From sequence record NZ_CP128206.1: a DNA stretch of 64,000 nucleotides; one strand, written 5' to 3'. This document shows positions 43,191 to 54,104 of the stretch, piece by piece. The DNA is from a plasmid. The translations under genes were made by a program, and so were the position numbers. Position 1 is the first letter of the stretch, and each line of letters opens with the position of its first letter. The notes beneath the pieces were generated by a model. That model saw only the letters and a program-made list of their open reading frames with translations, was not told the origin of the DNA and made no database searches.

Positions 43191-44144
43191 TTAGTTGTTG
43201 TTAAAATCAGCACCAAACAACGCTACAGCTAATGTTTGAATAGTTTCACGTTCTTCTTCTTCCGAGCAGCGGTTTAACAATGCACGATCAAGCGCGTAGC
43301 TTAATGCATTGTTTGCTCCTTGGAATCGTTGAGTGAGTATCGCCCAACGAATTAACGTGCGAGTTGAAAAGGTGATCGATAATTCTGAGTCACCTTGCTC
43401 CCCTTTGAAGATAGCGCGAACCTTATTAGCCAGCTCAATCATCTTCTTACGCAGCACTTTAGGAATGTTCGGTGCCAGTTTTTCCAGTACCGCCATTTCC
43501 GTATCTTCGCTGGCGTAATCTTCTTTGATCACCACAAAGCGGTCCATGAACGCCATGTTTAGGCGGTTCACTCCCATGTAGTTGCCGTCACCACCAGATC
43601 CGTTTGAGTTCGATGTTGCAATCAAACGAAATGCGGGGTGAGGTCGTACAATTTCGCCGTTAAGCTGAGTGATCACGAGTGGCGCACCTTCCAAAATGGC
43701 ATTCAGGTTTGCCAATTCCGCCGGATCAACCAAGTCGATCTCGTTCAGAATCAGTACATGCCCTCCGCGCATCGCAGTCGTCAGTACGCCATCCATCCAG
43801 ACAGTATTGCCGTTCACTAATGTGTATTGGCCCACTAAGTCCATGTACTCAGTCGAACCGCCACATGTATAGCTTTGGGCTGGATAATTTAATCTGGCTA
43901 GTACCTGCTCAACCGCTGACGTTTTACCGCAGCCGGTTGGACCGGTGATCATCAAGCCATCGCCAAATGAGCAATCCAAAAACGCCACGATGTCGCGTAA
44001 CGTTTCCCGACGAAAGATGTAGTCTTTCTTGGCCGGAATATTTGGATGTCCACTTGGTGCAAAACCTTCAACCGTAACGTTTGTGCCAGGAAAACCGAAC
44101 ACATCCATTGGGTAGCTTTGCGGAGTTAGAGTTAGAGTAGTCAT
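43191..44144 (-). CDS. AAA+ ATPase of the CobS/MoxR/CbbQ (AAA_5) type
   Basis: 317 aa. Walker A GPTGCGKTS, Walker B HVLILNEIDL, sensor motifs. Confidence 0.8.
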   Translation of the reverse strand: MTTLTLTPQSYPMDVFGFPGTNVTVEGFAPSGHPNIPAKKDYIFRRETLRDIVAFLDCSFGDGLMITGPTGCGKTSAVEQVLARLNYPAQSYTCGGSTEYMDLVGQYTLVNGNTVWMDGVLTTAMRGGHVLILNEIDLVDPAELANLNAILEGAPLVITQLNGEIVRPHPAFRLIATSNSNGSGGDGNYMGVNRLNMAFMDRFVVIKEDYASEDTEMAVLEKLAPNIPKVLRKKMIELANKVRAIFKGEQGDSELSITFSTRTLIRWAILTQRFQGANNALSYALDRALLNRCSEEEERETIQTLAVALFGADFNNN

Positions 44145-44294
44145 AATGTTGTCCTTAATTAATCAATAAAAAAGGCAACTTACGACTCCCCTAGTGGGCA
44201 AGGGCGGGATCGAACTTTAACCACTGAAAATAAAAGACTTTATTTTATTGGGAACTTTTCAAGGTAATCACGATCTGATCATGAAGTTAAAAAT

Positions 44295-45413
44295 ATGAGA
44301 AACTCGTGCATGATTATCATTGAGCAGCTAAAAAAAGTGAAAGATACCCGTTCGCATATCAACCAAGTGTATCCTGTTATGGAAGTGGCTTTCTTGGTCA
44401 TAACCGCCATGATTTGTGGTCAAAATAAGTGGACTGATATTAAGGATTTCGGCGAAGGAAATATCGAGTGGTTGCGTGAGTATCTCCCCTACGACAATGG
44501 TCTCCCCACTCGGCATAATATTGCCGCGATAATGAGAACTGTTGTACCAGAGACGCTCTTGGAAGCGATGGTAGGCTGGGTCAATTTGCACAGAGAAAAG
44601 CATGCTCAGCCCATAATCAGCGTTGATGGGAAGGTTCTAAAAGGAGCGAAAGCAAGCAAACAAGAACACCCTCTCTATATGGTTTCGGCATTTGACGTAG
44701 ATGAAGGTTTGACTCTCACACATCAACCTTGTGACGGTAAAGGTATGGAGCTAATAGCGATAAAAAACATGCTCGACGCTTTGGATGTCAGAGGGTGCTT
44801 ATTAACTGCTGATGCGCTTCATTGTCAGGTTGAAACACTGAATAAAGTGGTTGATAAAGGTGGTGATTTCTTAGTGCAAGTCAAACTGAATCAGCCAAGT
44901 TTGTTAGCAGAGATTGATGCGCAGTTCCAAGACTATTGGGCTTTGCCAGAAGAACAACAGGAATCGTATATCACTGAAGATAAAGGGCATGGAAGAGAAG
45001 AGATTCGTGAGGTTTACGTGCTTCCTGCCTCCTTCAGCGAAGAACTCAAAGATAAGTGGAGTGTTGTAAAAAGCATTGTTGCGGTGGTAAGAGATAGAAG
45101 CGTCAAAGGGAAAGGAAGCTATGAAACATCGTACTACATTTGCACAGACCATTTGTCTTTAGAGTTAGCCTCAAACGCAACAAGGAAACACTGGAACATC
45201 GAGAACCAGCAGCACTGGGCTTTGGACGTTATTTTCAAAGAAGACGAGCAGCGAATTTACGCTGGGGACTCAGCATTGAATATGGCTTGTTGTCACCGAT
45301 TTGTGCAGAACCTCTTCAGGAAGTCAGAAGGGAGCGTGTCTGTACCAAGGAAGATGAATAAGGCTACGTGGGACAAAGATTATAGAGCAAAAGTTCTCTT
45401 TACATCAGCTTAA
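44295..45413 (+). CDS. ISAs1-family transposase (H-repeat-associated type)
   Basis: 372 aa. Inserted in the intergenic region between the exonuclease and ATPase genes, on the opposite strand. Confidence 0.8.
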   Translation: MRNSCMIIIEQLKKVKDTRSHINQVYPVMEVAFLVITAMICGQNKWTDIKDFGEGNIEWLREYLPYDNGLPTRHNIAAIMRTVVPETLLEAMVGWVNLHREKHAQPIISVDGKVLKGAKASKQEHPLYMVSAFDVDEGLTLTHQPCDGKGMELIAIKNMLDALDVRGCLLTADALHCQVETLNKVVDKGGDFLVQVKLNQPSLLAEIDAQFQDYWALPEEQQESYITEDKGHGREEIREVYVLPASFSEELKDKWSVVKSIVAVVRDRSVKGKGSYETSYYICTDHLSLELASNATRKHWNIENQQHWALDVIFKEDEQRIYAGDSALNMACCHRFVQNLFRKSEGSVSVPRKMNKATWDKDYRAKVLFTSA

Positions 45414-45510
45414 CAAAGTACGTTCGCGCCCTTCCTAGTGGGCAGCTTTCAGTTGCCCGATAGGGTTGATATTCATTGAATTAGTCAATCGCTCGACTAA
45501 TTCCCTCTTC

Positions 45511-46743
45511 TTAAAAATGCATGTTTCGTACAGATTTTTCGAAGAAATTACTTGGTGACGTTGGGGTAGCGATCATTGGAATGACCTTGGCGGTTTCTGT
45601 CGGCTCAGGCTCAGTTTTCGGTTGAGTCTCTTCCGGCATTAACGCGCTTGGCGATTTCACCGTCATCACGTTTAACGATTCGGCTTGCACCGGTTCCGTT
45701 GAGTGTTCAGGTTGAACGTTCGCATTGTCGCTGGTTTGAACAGTCGGTGTGATGGTTTCTGGCTCATCAGTTACATTGACTAAGTAGTAAGACGACCCTT
45801 TCTTCGTGTGCTTAGCTAGTAACTCTGGTGGTATCGCCACATTGAGATCCTTCGCCAGCTCATTAAGAACCGCTTGGTAGTCCACACTGCCATTTCGTTC
45901 CACTCGCGTAGCCCGAATACCACCTTTATCGAATGTTTTGACATCACTAGGGATTTGCTCAGTGAAGTAACTTTCAAGCTGATTCACATCGGCCTTGACC
46001 GCATTCATTTTGCGTTCAATCTCACCTAGATACGCTTTTTTCTCTTTCAGTTGCTCCACTCGGCTTAGCCAGGTTGGATCAACTTGAGAAAGTGGCGTGT
46101 CGTACACAACGGTATCGCGGCCTTCCATCATTGGCGGTGGCGTCTTAGTTTGCACCAAGTTCCAGAACCACAATGCTTTTTGTTCCGCTTTTTGGATAAA
46201 CGCATCGTCACGTTTAATGTTTACCGCAATTGAACGTTTACCGCGCAAGTAAAAAAACAAACGACCTTGAGGGCTTCCGGCGCAGTTAAGTTGCCACTGC
46301 ACTTGGGCAGCGTACATCTTGAACGTTGGCGCTTTGGATTGAAGTTCAACAAGTTCGTTGTAGATCTTTTCACAAGGACATTTGATTTCGAGCACTTCCC
46401 GAATGCCTTTAGAGATGGCTTGTAGGCCATCCAAAGACGCTTTGAACAGTGGATTATGGTCTGCTTCTACGCACACTGGCATATACACAATGCCGTATTG
46501 ATCTTCCACGGCGCTTCGCGCTTCCGGCTCTTGCTCGACACCACGTTGAACGTGAAAGTTTTTAGACAGGTCATCTGGTTGTTTATAACCGACTAACTCT
46601 GCCCACAGTCCGTATGGGGTTTGATAAGGTGACAGGCCCATAATCACAGGGATCATGGAGGCTGTAATGCCCGTTTTCCGCCACGCAAACCATTTTTCAC
46701 TACGTTGTACTAAGTCAACAATAGGCATAAGTGCCTCCTTCAT
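45511..46743 (-). CDS. YqaJ-like (lambda-exonuclease-fold, PD-(D/E)XK) recombination exonuclease with a long C-terminal coiled-coil and Pro/Glu/Thr-rich extension
   Basis: 410 aa. N-terminal 200 aa has the YqaJ pattern (VQRSEKWFAWRKTGITASM..., EIKCP). Confidence 0.65.
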   Translation of the reverse strand: MKEALMPIVDLVQRSEKWFAWRKTGITASMIPVIMGLSPYQTPYGLWAELVGYKQPDDLSKNFHVQRGVEQEPEARSAVEDQYGIVYMPVCVEADHNPLFKASLDGLQAISKGIREVLEIKCPCEKIYNELVELQSKAPTFKMYAAQVQWQLNCAGSPQGRLFFYLRGKRSIAVNIKRDDAFIQKAEQKALWFWNLVQTKTPPPMMEGRDTVVYDTPLSQVDPTWLSRVEQLKEKKAYLGEIERKMNAVKADVNQLESYFTEQIPSDVKTFDKGGIRATRVERNGSVDYQAVLNELAKDLNVAIPPELLAKHTKKGSSYYLVNVTDEPETITPTVQTSDNANVQPEHSTEPVQAESLNVMTVKSPSALMPEETQPKTEPEPTETAKVIPMIATPTSPSNFFEKSVRNMHF

Positions 46744-46825
46744 ATTGTGTTCAATAAAAAGGGCGCACTATCCCCTACGGGCAGTGTCGCCCGTTAGGGT
46801 AGATGGATAATTAGGGTACTTTCCT

Positions 46826-47176
46826 TTATAGAGAAACGGTCACGCAGTATTCACGCGAGCCATTGTGGTTCTGGTAATCCGAGCTCACCGTTTTTAATTG
46901 CGCCACTGTGTGCTGACTGCTCAACGTCACCTGTTCGGTGAGAACATCTTGGGTTTGGGCTTGGCCCTTGCCTTCGGTTGTGATGCTTTTCAGTTCCGTT
47001 CTGGCATTCACGGTGGCCCCAAGCTCATGAGAGAGTTGCCCCTTTGCCAATGCCTTTGCGGTGATTTCATCAACCACCGGATTGCCAGTGTCCGGCACAC
47101 AGGCTGAGCCGGTGATCGTCTTTGAGGCCGCGAACTCACTCACCACCAGTAAGCTGACCAACAACAGATATTTATT
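46826..47176 (-). CDS. Small secreted protein, about 117 aa, SPI-type signal peptide
   Basis: Start MNKYLLLVSLLVVSEFAAS overlaps the stop of the upstream gene (ATGA). Confidence 0.55.
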   Translation of the reverse strand, partial: NKYLLLVSLLVVSEFAASKTITGSACVPDTGNPVVDEITAKALAKGQLSHELGATVNARTELKSITTEGKGQAQTQDVLTEQVTLSSQHTVAQLKTVSSDYQNHNGSREYCVTVSL

Positions 47177-48371
47177 CATATTTCCACTCGCTCGATTCTT
47201 TTTCCGGCACCACCACCACACGCGCATCCAGTGAACTGATGCCCTGCAGTTCCGCTTGAGTCACGTTCTTGATGATGACCGGATTGCGATAACGGGAACG
47301 ATGGTCAGCATCTAACATGCGGTTATCTTTGGAGTCATTGGAGAATTGAAGCGCGAAGTTGCTCCCTGCGAAGAAATCGCTTCGGCCACTGATTGGCAAA
47401 TACCCCACTTTGTTCGCCGCTTTAATCTCAATAGCGACTGTATGACCGGACAGGTAATCCAGCAATTCGCCGCTGTAGGGCTTTAATTGTTTATTGCCAC
47501 GGTTATTGTACGAAGGGAACTCAATGGTGTAGGGCGGTGCATGTCGGTCTTTCTCTTTCAGTACCAGATAATTCGACATGACGCTGCGCACCGGTTTCAT
47601 CGGGACATTCCAACGCACCGGAACGTGAATGTTGTACGTTCCGTCAGTGTTCTTTTTGAACTCTGGATTGCCAAGCGAAATCTTTGTTTGGGTTTTTAAG
47701 TAGCCAAATACATCTCGGTTCACGGCCTCTTTCGCCAGGTCGTAGTCTTGTCCATCCAGCATCGCCAGTTGGAAAAGAGTACCCTGCTCGAACACTTTCT
47801 TTGTGGCCGCACGATTGCTATCGAGCTTTGCCAACACCGCGTCACGCTCAGCCAGCAAATCCGTTCGTGCGCCCTCGTTAATCTTGCGGGTTAACTCAAG
47901 CACTTCGCCGCGCAGACGTTGATTGTCTTTCTCAAGTGCGTCCATCTTGGCCTTGCGTTCTGGATCGCTTTTCAGCTTTGCCAACCCATCACGAATGGAC
48001 GCTTTGGACAGCTTTATTTTGGCGTAGGTATCGAGCACGAGACTGCCATTGGCTCCTACTGAACGCTTATCTTCACGGCTTAACACCTCAAGAAACCCTG
48101 CCGTTAACACGCGCACTTGTTGTTTGGTGATGGTTTGGTTTGACACCTGCAGCACCGATTCAATGTAGGTTCCGGCGTAGTCGGAAGCCGATTTCTTGGC
48201 TTGCTCTAGCGTGATTTCTCTGGCACTGGTTAATGTGTCGTTATCACCAAGCACATAACGTTCCGTCACGTTCAGCGTGATGTGGTCCTGATTCTCGGAA
48301 TCCAGCGATACGGCGGCATGAGTAGAGAAAGACAGCCCAACCAGTAGGGCCAGTAATGTTCGATTCATCAT
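47172..48371 (-). CDS. Secreted protein, 399 aa, with a central coiled-coil segment
   Basis: Signal peptide MMNRTLLALLVGLSFSTHAAV. Heptad-rich region KLKSDPERKAKMDALEKDNQRLRGEVLELTRKINEG. Confidence 0.6.
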   Translation of the reverse strand: MMNRTLLALLVGLSFSTHAAVSLDSENQDHITLNVTERYVLGDNDTLTSAREITLEQAKKSASDYAGTYIESVLQVSNQTITKQQVRVLTAGFLEVLSREDKRSVGANGSLVLDTYAKIKLSKASIRDGLAKLKSDPERKAKMDALEKDNQRLRGEVLELTRKINEGARTDLLAERDAVLAKLDSNRAATKKVFEQGTLFQLAMLDGQDYDLAKEAVNRDVFGYLKTQTKISLGNPEFKKNTDGTYNIHVPVRWNVPMKPVRSVMSNYLVLKEKDRHAPPYTIEFPSYNNRGNKQLKPYSGELLDYLSGHTVAIEIKAANKVGYLPISGRSDFFAGSNFALQFSNDSKDNRMLDADHRSRYRNPVIIKNVTQAELQGISSLDARVVVVPEKESSEWKYE

Positions 48372-48382
48372 TTCGTCCTTTG

Positions 48383-48766
48383 TTAGTCAACCCGAAACCA
48401 GTGAGAATCCAACCCCATGCTGGCGCACGCGGTACAAATCAACTCGTTCCCGTTGTTCGTGATGATTATCTCCAAATCTGGCCTGACAACGCCGACGACA
48501 TCTCGGTTATGCATCGTGACCACGATTTTGTTTCCCCTGACCAGAAACGGCTTATCCATGCTGCCAAATTTGCTTGAGAGTGTTGCGGTATCGTGAGTGA
48601 ATTGAAGCGTAGCGTTTTGTTTCGACTCAGAGTATTTGCCCTTGATAAACGCTTTATTGAAGATGTCTGACACATCAGCAGGAGGATAATGAGCGGTATC
48701 AGAATCACACCCTGATACCGCCAATGCGCTCACCAAACACCATTTACTCAGGCTTGATGAACTCAT
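48383..48766 (-). CDS. Lipoprotein, 127 aa
   Basis: Lipobox LAVSGC. 12 bp upstream of the next gene. Confidence 0.55.
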   Translation of the reverse strand: MSSSSLSKWCLVSALAVSGCDSDTAHYPPADVSDIFNKAFIKGKYSESKQNATLQFTHDTATLSSKFGSMDKPFLVRGNKIVVTMHNRDVVGVVRPDLEIIITNNGNELICTACASMGLDSHWFRVD

Positions 48767-49634
48767 ATTTTTTGCCTTGCGTGTAAATGGCGGGTAGCAC
48801 TAAAGCGTAATCTGTGTATGTAGTACCCCCGAATTTAGCTTTTGGTAATGACGGAAGATACAAATAGAAACCTTCCGGTAGGTAGCTAGTCAAACTTTTA
48901 TAGTATTCGCGGAGATCGATATCTCTTTTCATTTCCACACTATACATGAGTGGTGTAGTTGTTTTTGCGAGCATGTTTTTAAGATAATAGTCATTCTGGC
49001 TTACTCCATATGTGTAATACTGACCTTCTCTTTGTTGATCAATAGATCCATTACGTAGCGTCAATAAACCTGACTTTGGTTTATCAAGGTGGAAACCTCC
49101 CATATTGTATTCTTCACCATTGGTATTAACGAAGTAAACTGAGTAACCATCCCTCACATTTTTTTTCTTAGTTTCACCATACTGGCTAAGGGCTTTCTTG
49201 CTGGCGAAATCAATGCGTTCTAGGATATATGATTGTGCTTCAAGTTCATTTGCGAACAAAGAAGAATCAACTTCAATTATCCAATGCGCAGACCCTGCCG
49301 CATGATCTGTATCAGCAAGGTTTGACACGGCTCCACCAGCAACATCAATCAAACCAGTAAGGTCTAATGTGAGCAATTTCAAGCCGCCAAACAGTAGCGA
49401 GGTATCGCCACCATTTCGACTTCGACCAATTGCGTATTTAATTTCGCTTTCTTCCTCTTTTGAGAAATCTCGTAGAGGGCTCTTGTCTCTGGTAAGAATT
49501 GTTTGATTAGCAATGTTCAGTGCATAACTGTTTTTATCTGAGAACGGGACTGGATTTACCGGCTCAGGCTTCGCAACACACCCACTGAGAGCAGTCATCA
49601 TTCCAATCATTGCCGAAATTGTTTTCATGTTCAT
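48744..49634 (-). CDS. Lipoprotein, 296 aa
   Basis: Lipobox MTALSGC. Overlaps the start of the following gene. Confidence 0.6.
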   Translation of the reverse strand: MNMKTISAMIGMMTALSGCVAKPEPVNPVPFSDKNSYALNIANQTILTRDKSPLRDFSKEEESEIKYAIGRSRNGGDTSLLFGGLKLLTLDLTGLIDVAGGAVSNLADTDHAAGSAHWIIEVDSSLFANELEAQSYILERIDFASKKALSQYGETKKKNVRDGYSVYFVNTNGEEYNMGGFHLDKPKSGLLTLRNGSIDQQREGQYYTYGVSQNDYYLKNMLAKTTTPLMYSVEMKRDIDLREYYKSLTSYLPEGFYLYLPSLPKAKFGGTTYTDYALVLPAIYTQGKKYEFIKPE

Positions 49635-49703
49635 AGCTTCTAAATTCCATGTTTTTTAACTAATACTCGAATGTTATCAGTCGTTATTTTTTTCCAAAAT
49701 GCA

Positions 49704-52700
49704 TTATTGGCTGCGACTCCACGCATCCTCATACGCATCGCGGCGAACTTCGTCAGCATCGATATTTTCCATACGCTCTCGATTGGCCTCTAGGACATTA
49801 TTTCTGTCTGTTCCGCCTTGCTGAGTGTTCAAATTGGACCCTTTGCCCGTGAGGGAATCAATATTCACATTCACCATGTCGGTGTAATTCCCCGTACTGA
49901 TGAGTATGCCAATCCATTCATCCAGATTCACTTTATCCCAATCGACTTTATCCAAATCTTGAATGCCGACACCTGTGCAGTTCGGTTTTTTCGCGGTTCC
50001 CCAATTTAAATTCATCTGTGACTGAGCATAAATTTGCTCCATCATGATACGAGATAATGGAGAATCAAATACGCAGTAAGACTGGCGTTTTTCAATACAG
50101 GCACCAAGCACCTCTGTCTTACAATAGGAGCCAATTTTATGCGTTGATAACAGCTCTCGTTTCATCGCTAAATCCAGCTCTTCCTCTTCGCATTCGTAGA
50201 TAACATTGACCAGCAAATTAAACACGACATACGCCAGATATGCGTAATACACATACATCAGGGCTTGTCCGGCTGCGGCCATTTCTGCAGAAGCAGCGAG
50301 CGCAGTTCCTCCACTTTCAATAGCAACTTCTTGGAAAAACATCTGTGCCACCTCTGGACCAAAGGTGTCTATCAAAAACTGGTTGGTGTATTGCATCATT
50401 TGTTGTGCCACTGCGCTCATGAGGCCGTCTTTAGCACCGTTTTTCCCCATTTGCGCCACAATATCCGCCGGTGATATAAATTCACCTTGTACCGCCGACC
50501 AAGCAGATTGAGCCGTGGCACTTCCCCACGTTGATGCGGTTTCCCACACACCAGGATAGTTTTCCAACCCCATGACCTGCCCCGTTAGCGCATCCATCTG
50601 AATCATTTTGGTCGTGAGCGAAATGTAATCAGCAAGCGTGACCGCTACAGGGGATTTACAGCAATTCTGCATCCCCCCCACCGCAATTTTGCATTCGGAC
50701 GCAGTACCTTTGAAGAGTTCGCACGTAACGTTGGTATCTCCCCCGCTACTGGTTGTGACCGACGAGGTGGACATGGTACTCATTGACATCGGCTGAGCAG
50801 TAGAACTTGCTGACGCAAGGCCCATGAGCTGCTGTCTGCCCACTGTCGTCAACGCAATGTTCTTCTGTTGTTCTTCAGCCATAGAAAGGAATTGCTCGGC
50901 TACGTACTGTTGCATCGTTTCTTGCGTCAGTTTGGCTTCCTCTGACCCCTGCAACTCGCTGCTTGCGTTCGCTTTGGGAATTAACGTATCCAGCATGTGC
51001 TCGAACGGCGAAAGAGCCATTGCGACGATTTGTTGGGTTTGAGTCTGAGTCAATTCTACTTCGACACTGTTCAACTCGAACTGTGCGCGAGCATCGGCCA
51101 GCGGCGATGGACCTTTTGACGTACAACGGCCTTCGGCTTCGTTCCAGATAGGATATTGGCTAGGGCATCCGATTTGTGCCGGTTCTTCTCTGCGACATGA
51201 ATCTGTTTTCGGGTCATAAAATGTCCCTTCTGCAGAACATGTCCAGACAGGTGCAGATGACGAGGAACTGACGCATTTATTATTAGCTTTGTCTAAAGTG
51301 TATCCAGCTCCGCAAGATGCTTGTTGGTTGACGCTTATATTTGTACATATCTCATAACTGTATAGAGGTGACTCATGATCTTGAAAACAATAACCATTAA
51401 CTTTTTTACCACTATTTTCAAATCTAGGAGTCGCACCAGTATTGATATATTCATTACTGGCAGAATAATAAGAAACGTTGGTTGTACCACCGCAGTTATT
51501 ACCGTTATATCTAGCTAAATACCACTTGGCTCTGAGTTTTCCTCTCCAGTAATTTCCTTTTAAATGTCGAGCATCAGTTTTCTCGTAGCAAACGTTAAGA
51601 ATGGTATCATACAAACAGAGTCCATTATGATCCCAACTTTCACCACCCAGAAAATTCGATGTATTGTGATATGCAGACGAGTCATTATCCCAAAAACAAC
51701 CAGCTTGCTGCCCTTGACACATGCCATTGATCGGTTGAATGCCATTTGGACACGAGGGAACATTAAATACAATTGCCTCACACATACCAGTGTTCGAATT
51801 GTATGTTTCATTACTACCATTACATTCCGGCGTAGCAGGTACTTCTAACAAGCAGACATCATCATCCACACTCCACGGATCGTTGCCTTCTACCAAGGGA
51901 ACACCATCAGGACACGTTGGTGTCGGCGGTATTTCACAATACCCCGTCTTGGGATTGAGCGTGTGATCAGGACTTGGGCAACCACTCGGTATGACTGGTG
52001 ATTCTGCATTGGTACAGACCTCATAAAAGGTATCAGTCGCCAGTTTTTTCTTTGCCTCACCACATGTATAAGTCACCCCATTTTTCTTCACGGGTATGCA
52101 GGTAGGAACGCTGGCATCATCCACCACCACTTGATTTCCCACCAGCACTTGAATGCCATTGCGCGAGCTCGCGGCATAAAAATCGTTGTCAGAATAGGTA
52201 CAGCCTGTTGGTTTCAAACATTGGTTAGTTTGTTTGTTGTAAACGAACCCGTCAGCACAACTTGGAACGGGAATGTATTGGTCCGGCGGCGCATCTGCAT
52301 CGTATGGGGATTCGGGAATGCCTTGGCAGGTCATGTCAGCTTTTGCGTATTTCAGCATTTCCAGATAGGCATTCACTTTGCCAAAATCTTCATTCGCGCC
52401 ATCACGCGCAGGGCTGTAACAATTCTCGCCAACACACTGAAGTTTGCCGTCACAGCGCAATACCTGCTCTTCTTTCGGCTGTCCCGTTGAAGCCGTGAAG
52501 CCACAATCGTAGGTGTCCTCTTGGACATAACAGTGGCCGGAGCTGCCTTCGGCCCCTTCCACACACTCACTCTTGATATAAGAACACGTAGGGTTCTCTT
52601 CGTATTTTTTACACTGATTGCGATCTACTGTGTCATTATCAAAACAGCGCTCTACCCCATTGAGATCCTTTGAGCAAAATTGGCCTTCGTTAAACCCACA

Positions 52701-54104
52701 GTTGGAAGTCACTTCCACTTTTCGACAAAACGGACTGATGCCTAAACTAGCAAATGGGTTCGATTTGAAATTAGACTCACAGACTTTCACCCCGTTCATC
52801 ACCGTACAACCGGCTGCATCAAGGCTTGGCATGTCGGTACACTGAAACGAGCCGGTACAGTAACCGTCATCGATCTGTTTTTTTACTTGGAAAGCTTTGT
52901 CGATGTTTTCTTGCGTTGTCCAATTGTCACCGTACACGAGATCGTTCATGTTGTAGTACACCAACAAAGAGGAATAGCCTTCCCCTTCCCCCGCTACAGA
53001 GGTGCGAGTTTTAAACGTTATCTCACCATATTCAGGCACACTGGTGAATGAACTGGTGACGTTAATGTTAGGTCGGGTGTCCCAGGAAGTGCTTAACTCA
53101 CATTTCGTCCCGACTTCGGGCGGAAATTCACCGTTCGGGCCGTTGTAGATTTTCACCCCGTTCAAATACACTTGGTGATAATCATCGAACTTCGAGCGAT
53201 CCAGAACGGCATAAGTAATTTTATCCGGCTTCAACACTTCAACGGACATGCTCTCTTCATAAATCGTACACCAGCCTGGCCAGTAATTGTTGCCTACTGT
53301 GCCGATCCAAACCTGTGTGCAGCCATTTCCGCAAGAAACAAGGTTCACCGGACCGCTTTTATGTCTCAAAATGCCGACTTTGTATTCGTGGCTGATGGTA
53401 AATGTCTCTTCGACAACCGGTAGTTTTTCGCACGTTTCGTATTTCGGCACATGGTAATCCTTGCCTGACGAAATGAGCTCAGTCGTGAGTGTGCAGTTGG
53501 CAAAGTCTTTGGTAATGTCGGTGAGGTTGTCGAGTACCTGATCGGTGTTCTTCCACATCGGATCGTTGCTTAAATCCGGCTTTTGAGTAGCAAAAGACCT
53601 CTTCAGTAGATGATAAGCTCGTTCACCGCTTGAATCGGCGGTTTCGAGTGTCTTTTGTTCGTATTTATCTTTCGCTAACTGGCCTTGGATAAGGGTTTTG
53701 GAATCACTGCCATAGGTGTCGGTATCAGCGGGGATGTAATCATTGTCGCGCTGACCCGTGAGCTCCTGTTTCGTCATAATGGCTTTGCCATTGACCATCA
53801 GCGAACCATCTGACGAAAAGGTTGGATTAGAGTGTGCGTTTTTGACAGGTTGTTTAACCTGTGTTTTTTGCACGTTTGCATTGGGTTGTTTCGCCAAAAC
53901 CTTAAAGGTGAAGCGAATCAAGCAGAACGCAAGATAGGCAACCAACGAAACCGTTGCCAGTAGGATAAATGCTGCCACCATCCGAGCTGGATTCTCTGCT
54001 TGGTAAGCAACAAAGGCACCAATAAAACACAAAGCAAAAACCGTGAAGTTTTTGAATGATGTTTTTGGTAGAAGTGTTGATAGGGTTTGAGTTGAAGTGT
54101 TCAT
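49704..54104 (-). CDS. Giant cysteine-rich TraN-like surface protein (mating-pair-stabilisation family C-terminal domain) with an N-terminal two-helix membrane anchor
   Basis: 1466 aa with many Cys pairs. C-terminal block QNCCKSP...SYCKTEVLGACIEKRQSYCVFDSPLSRIMMEQIYAQSQMNLNWGTAKKPNCTGVG...IDWDKVNLDEWIG resembles the conserved TraN C-terminus. GGAGA SD precedes ATG 54104. Confidence 0.55.
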   Translation of the reverse strand: MNTSTQTLSTLLPKTSFKNFTVFALCFIGAFVAYQAENPARMVAAFILLATVSLVAYLAFCLIRFTFKVLAKQPNANVQKTQVKQPVKNAHSNPTFSSDGSLMVNGKAIMTKQELTGQRDNDYIPADTDTYGSDSKTLIQGQLAKDKYEQKTLETADSSGERAYHLLKRSFATQKPDLSNDPMWKNTDQVLDNLTDITKDFANCTLTTELISSGKDYHVPKYETCEKLPVVEETFTISHEYKVGILRHKSGPVNLVSCGNGCTQVWIGTVGNNYWPGWCTIYEESMSVEVLKPDKITYAVLDRSKFDDYHQVYLNGVKIYNGPNGEFPPEVGTKCELSTSWDTRPNINVTSSFTSVPEYGEITFKTRTSVAGEGEGYSSLLVYYNMNDLVYGDNWTTQENIDKAFQVKKQIDDGYCTGSFQCTDMPSLDAAGCTVMNGVKVCESNFKSNPFASLGISPFCRKVEVTSNCGFNEGQFCSKDLNGVERCFDNDTVDRNQCKKYEENPTCSYIKSECVEGAEGSSGHCYVQEDTYDCGFTASTGQPKEEQVLRCDGKLQCVGENCYSPARDGANEDFGKVNAYLEMLKYAKADMTCQGIPESPYDADAPPDQYIPVPSCADGFVYNKQTNQCLKPTGCTYSDNDFYAASSRNGIQVLVGNQVVVDDASVPTCIPVKKNGVTYTCGEAKKKLATDTFYEVCTNAESPVIPSGCPSPDHTLNPKTGYCEIPPTPTCPDGVPLVEGNDPWSVDDDVCLLEVPATPECNGSNETYNSNTGMCEAIVFNVPSCPNGIQPINGMCQGQQAGCFWDNDSSAYHNTSNFLGGESWDHNGLCLYDTILNVCYEKTDARHLKGNYWRGKLRAKWYLARYNGNNCGGTTNVSYYSASNEYINTGATPRFENSGKKVNGYCFQDHESPLYSYEICTNISVNQQASCGAGYTLDKANNKCVSSSSSAPVWTCSAEGTFYDPKTDSCRREEPAQIGCPSQYPIWNEAEGRCTSKGPSPLADARAQFELNSVEVELTQTQTQQIVAMALSPFEHMLDTLIPKANASSELQGSEEAKLTQETMQQYVAEQFLSMAEEQQKNIALTTVGRQQLMGLASASSTAQPMSMSTMSTSSVTTSSGGDTNVTCELFKGTASECKIAVGGMQNCCKSPVAVTLADYISLTTKMIQMDALTGQVMGLENYPGVWETASTWGSATAQSAWSAVQGEFISPADIVAQMGKNGAKDGLMSAVAQQMMQYTNQFLIDTFGPEVAQMFFQEVAIESGGTALAASAEMAAAGQALMYVYYAYLAYVVFNLLVNVIYECEEEELDLAMKRELLSTHKIGSYCKTEVLGACIEKRQSYCVFDSPLSRIMMEQIYAQSQMNLNWGTAKKPNCTGVGIQDLDKVDWDKVNLDEWIGILISTGNYTDMVNVNIDSLTGKGSNLNTQQGGTDRNNVLEANRERMENIDADEVRRDAYEDAWSRSQ

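Noticed and set aside
39900-45500. Searched for a vWA/CobT-like partner of the AAA_5 ATPase
   Set aside because: No ORF of suitable size with a MIDAS-like DxSxS motif was found. Only small membrane ORFs, DUF3150 and an ISAs1 transposase are present.
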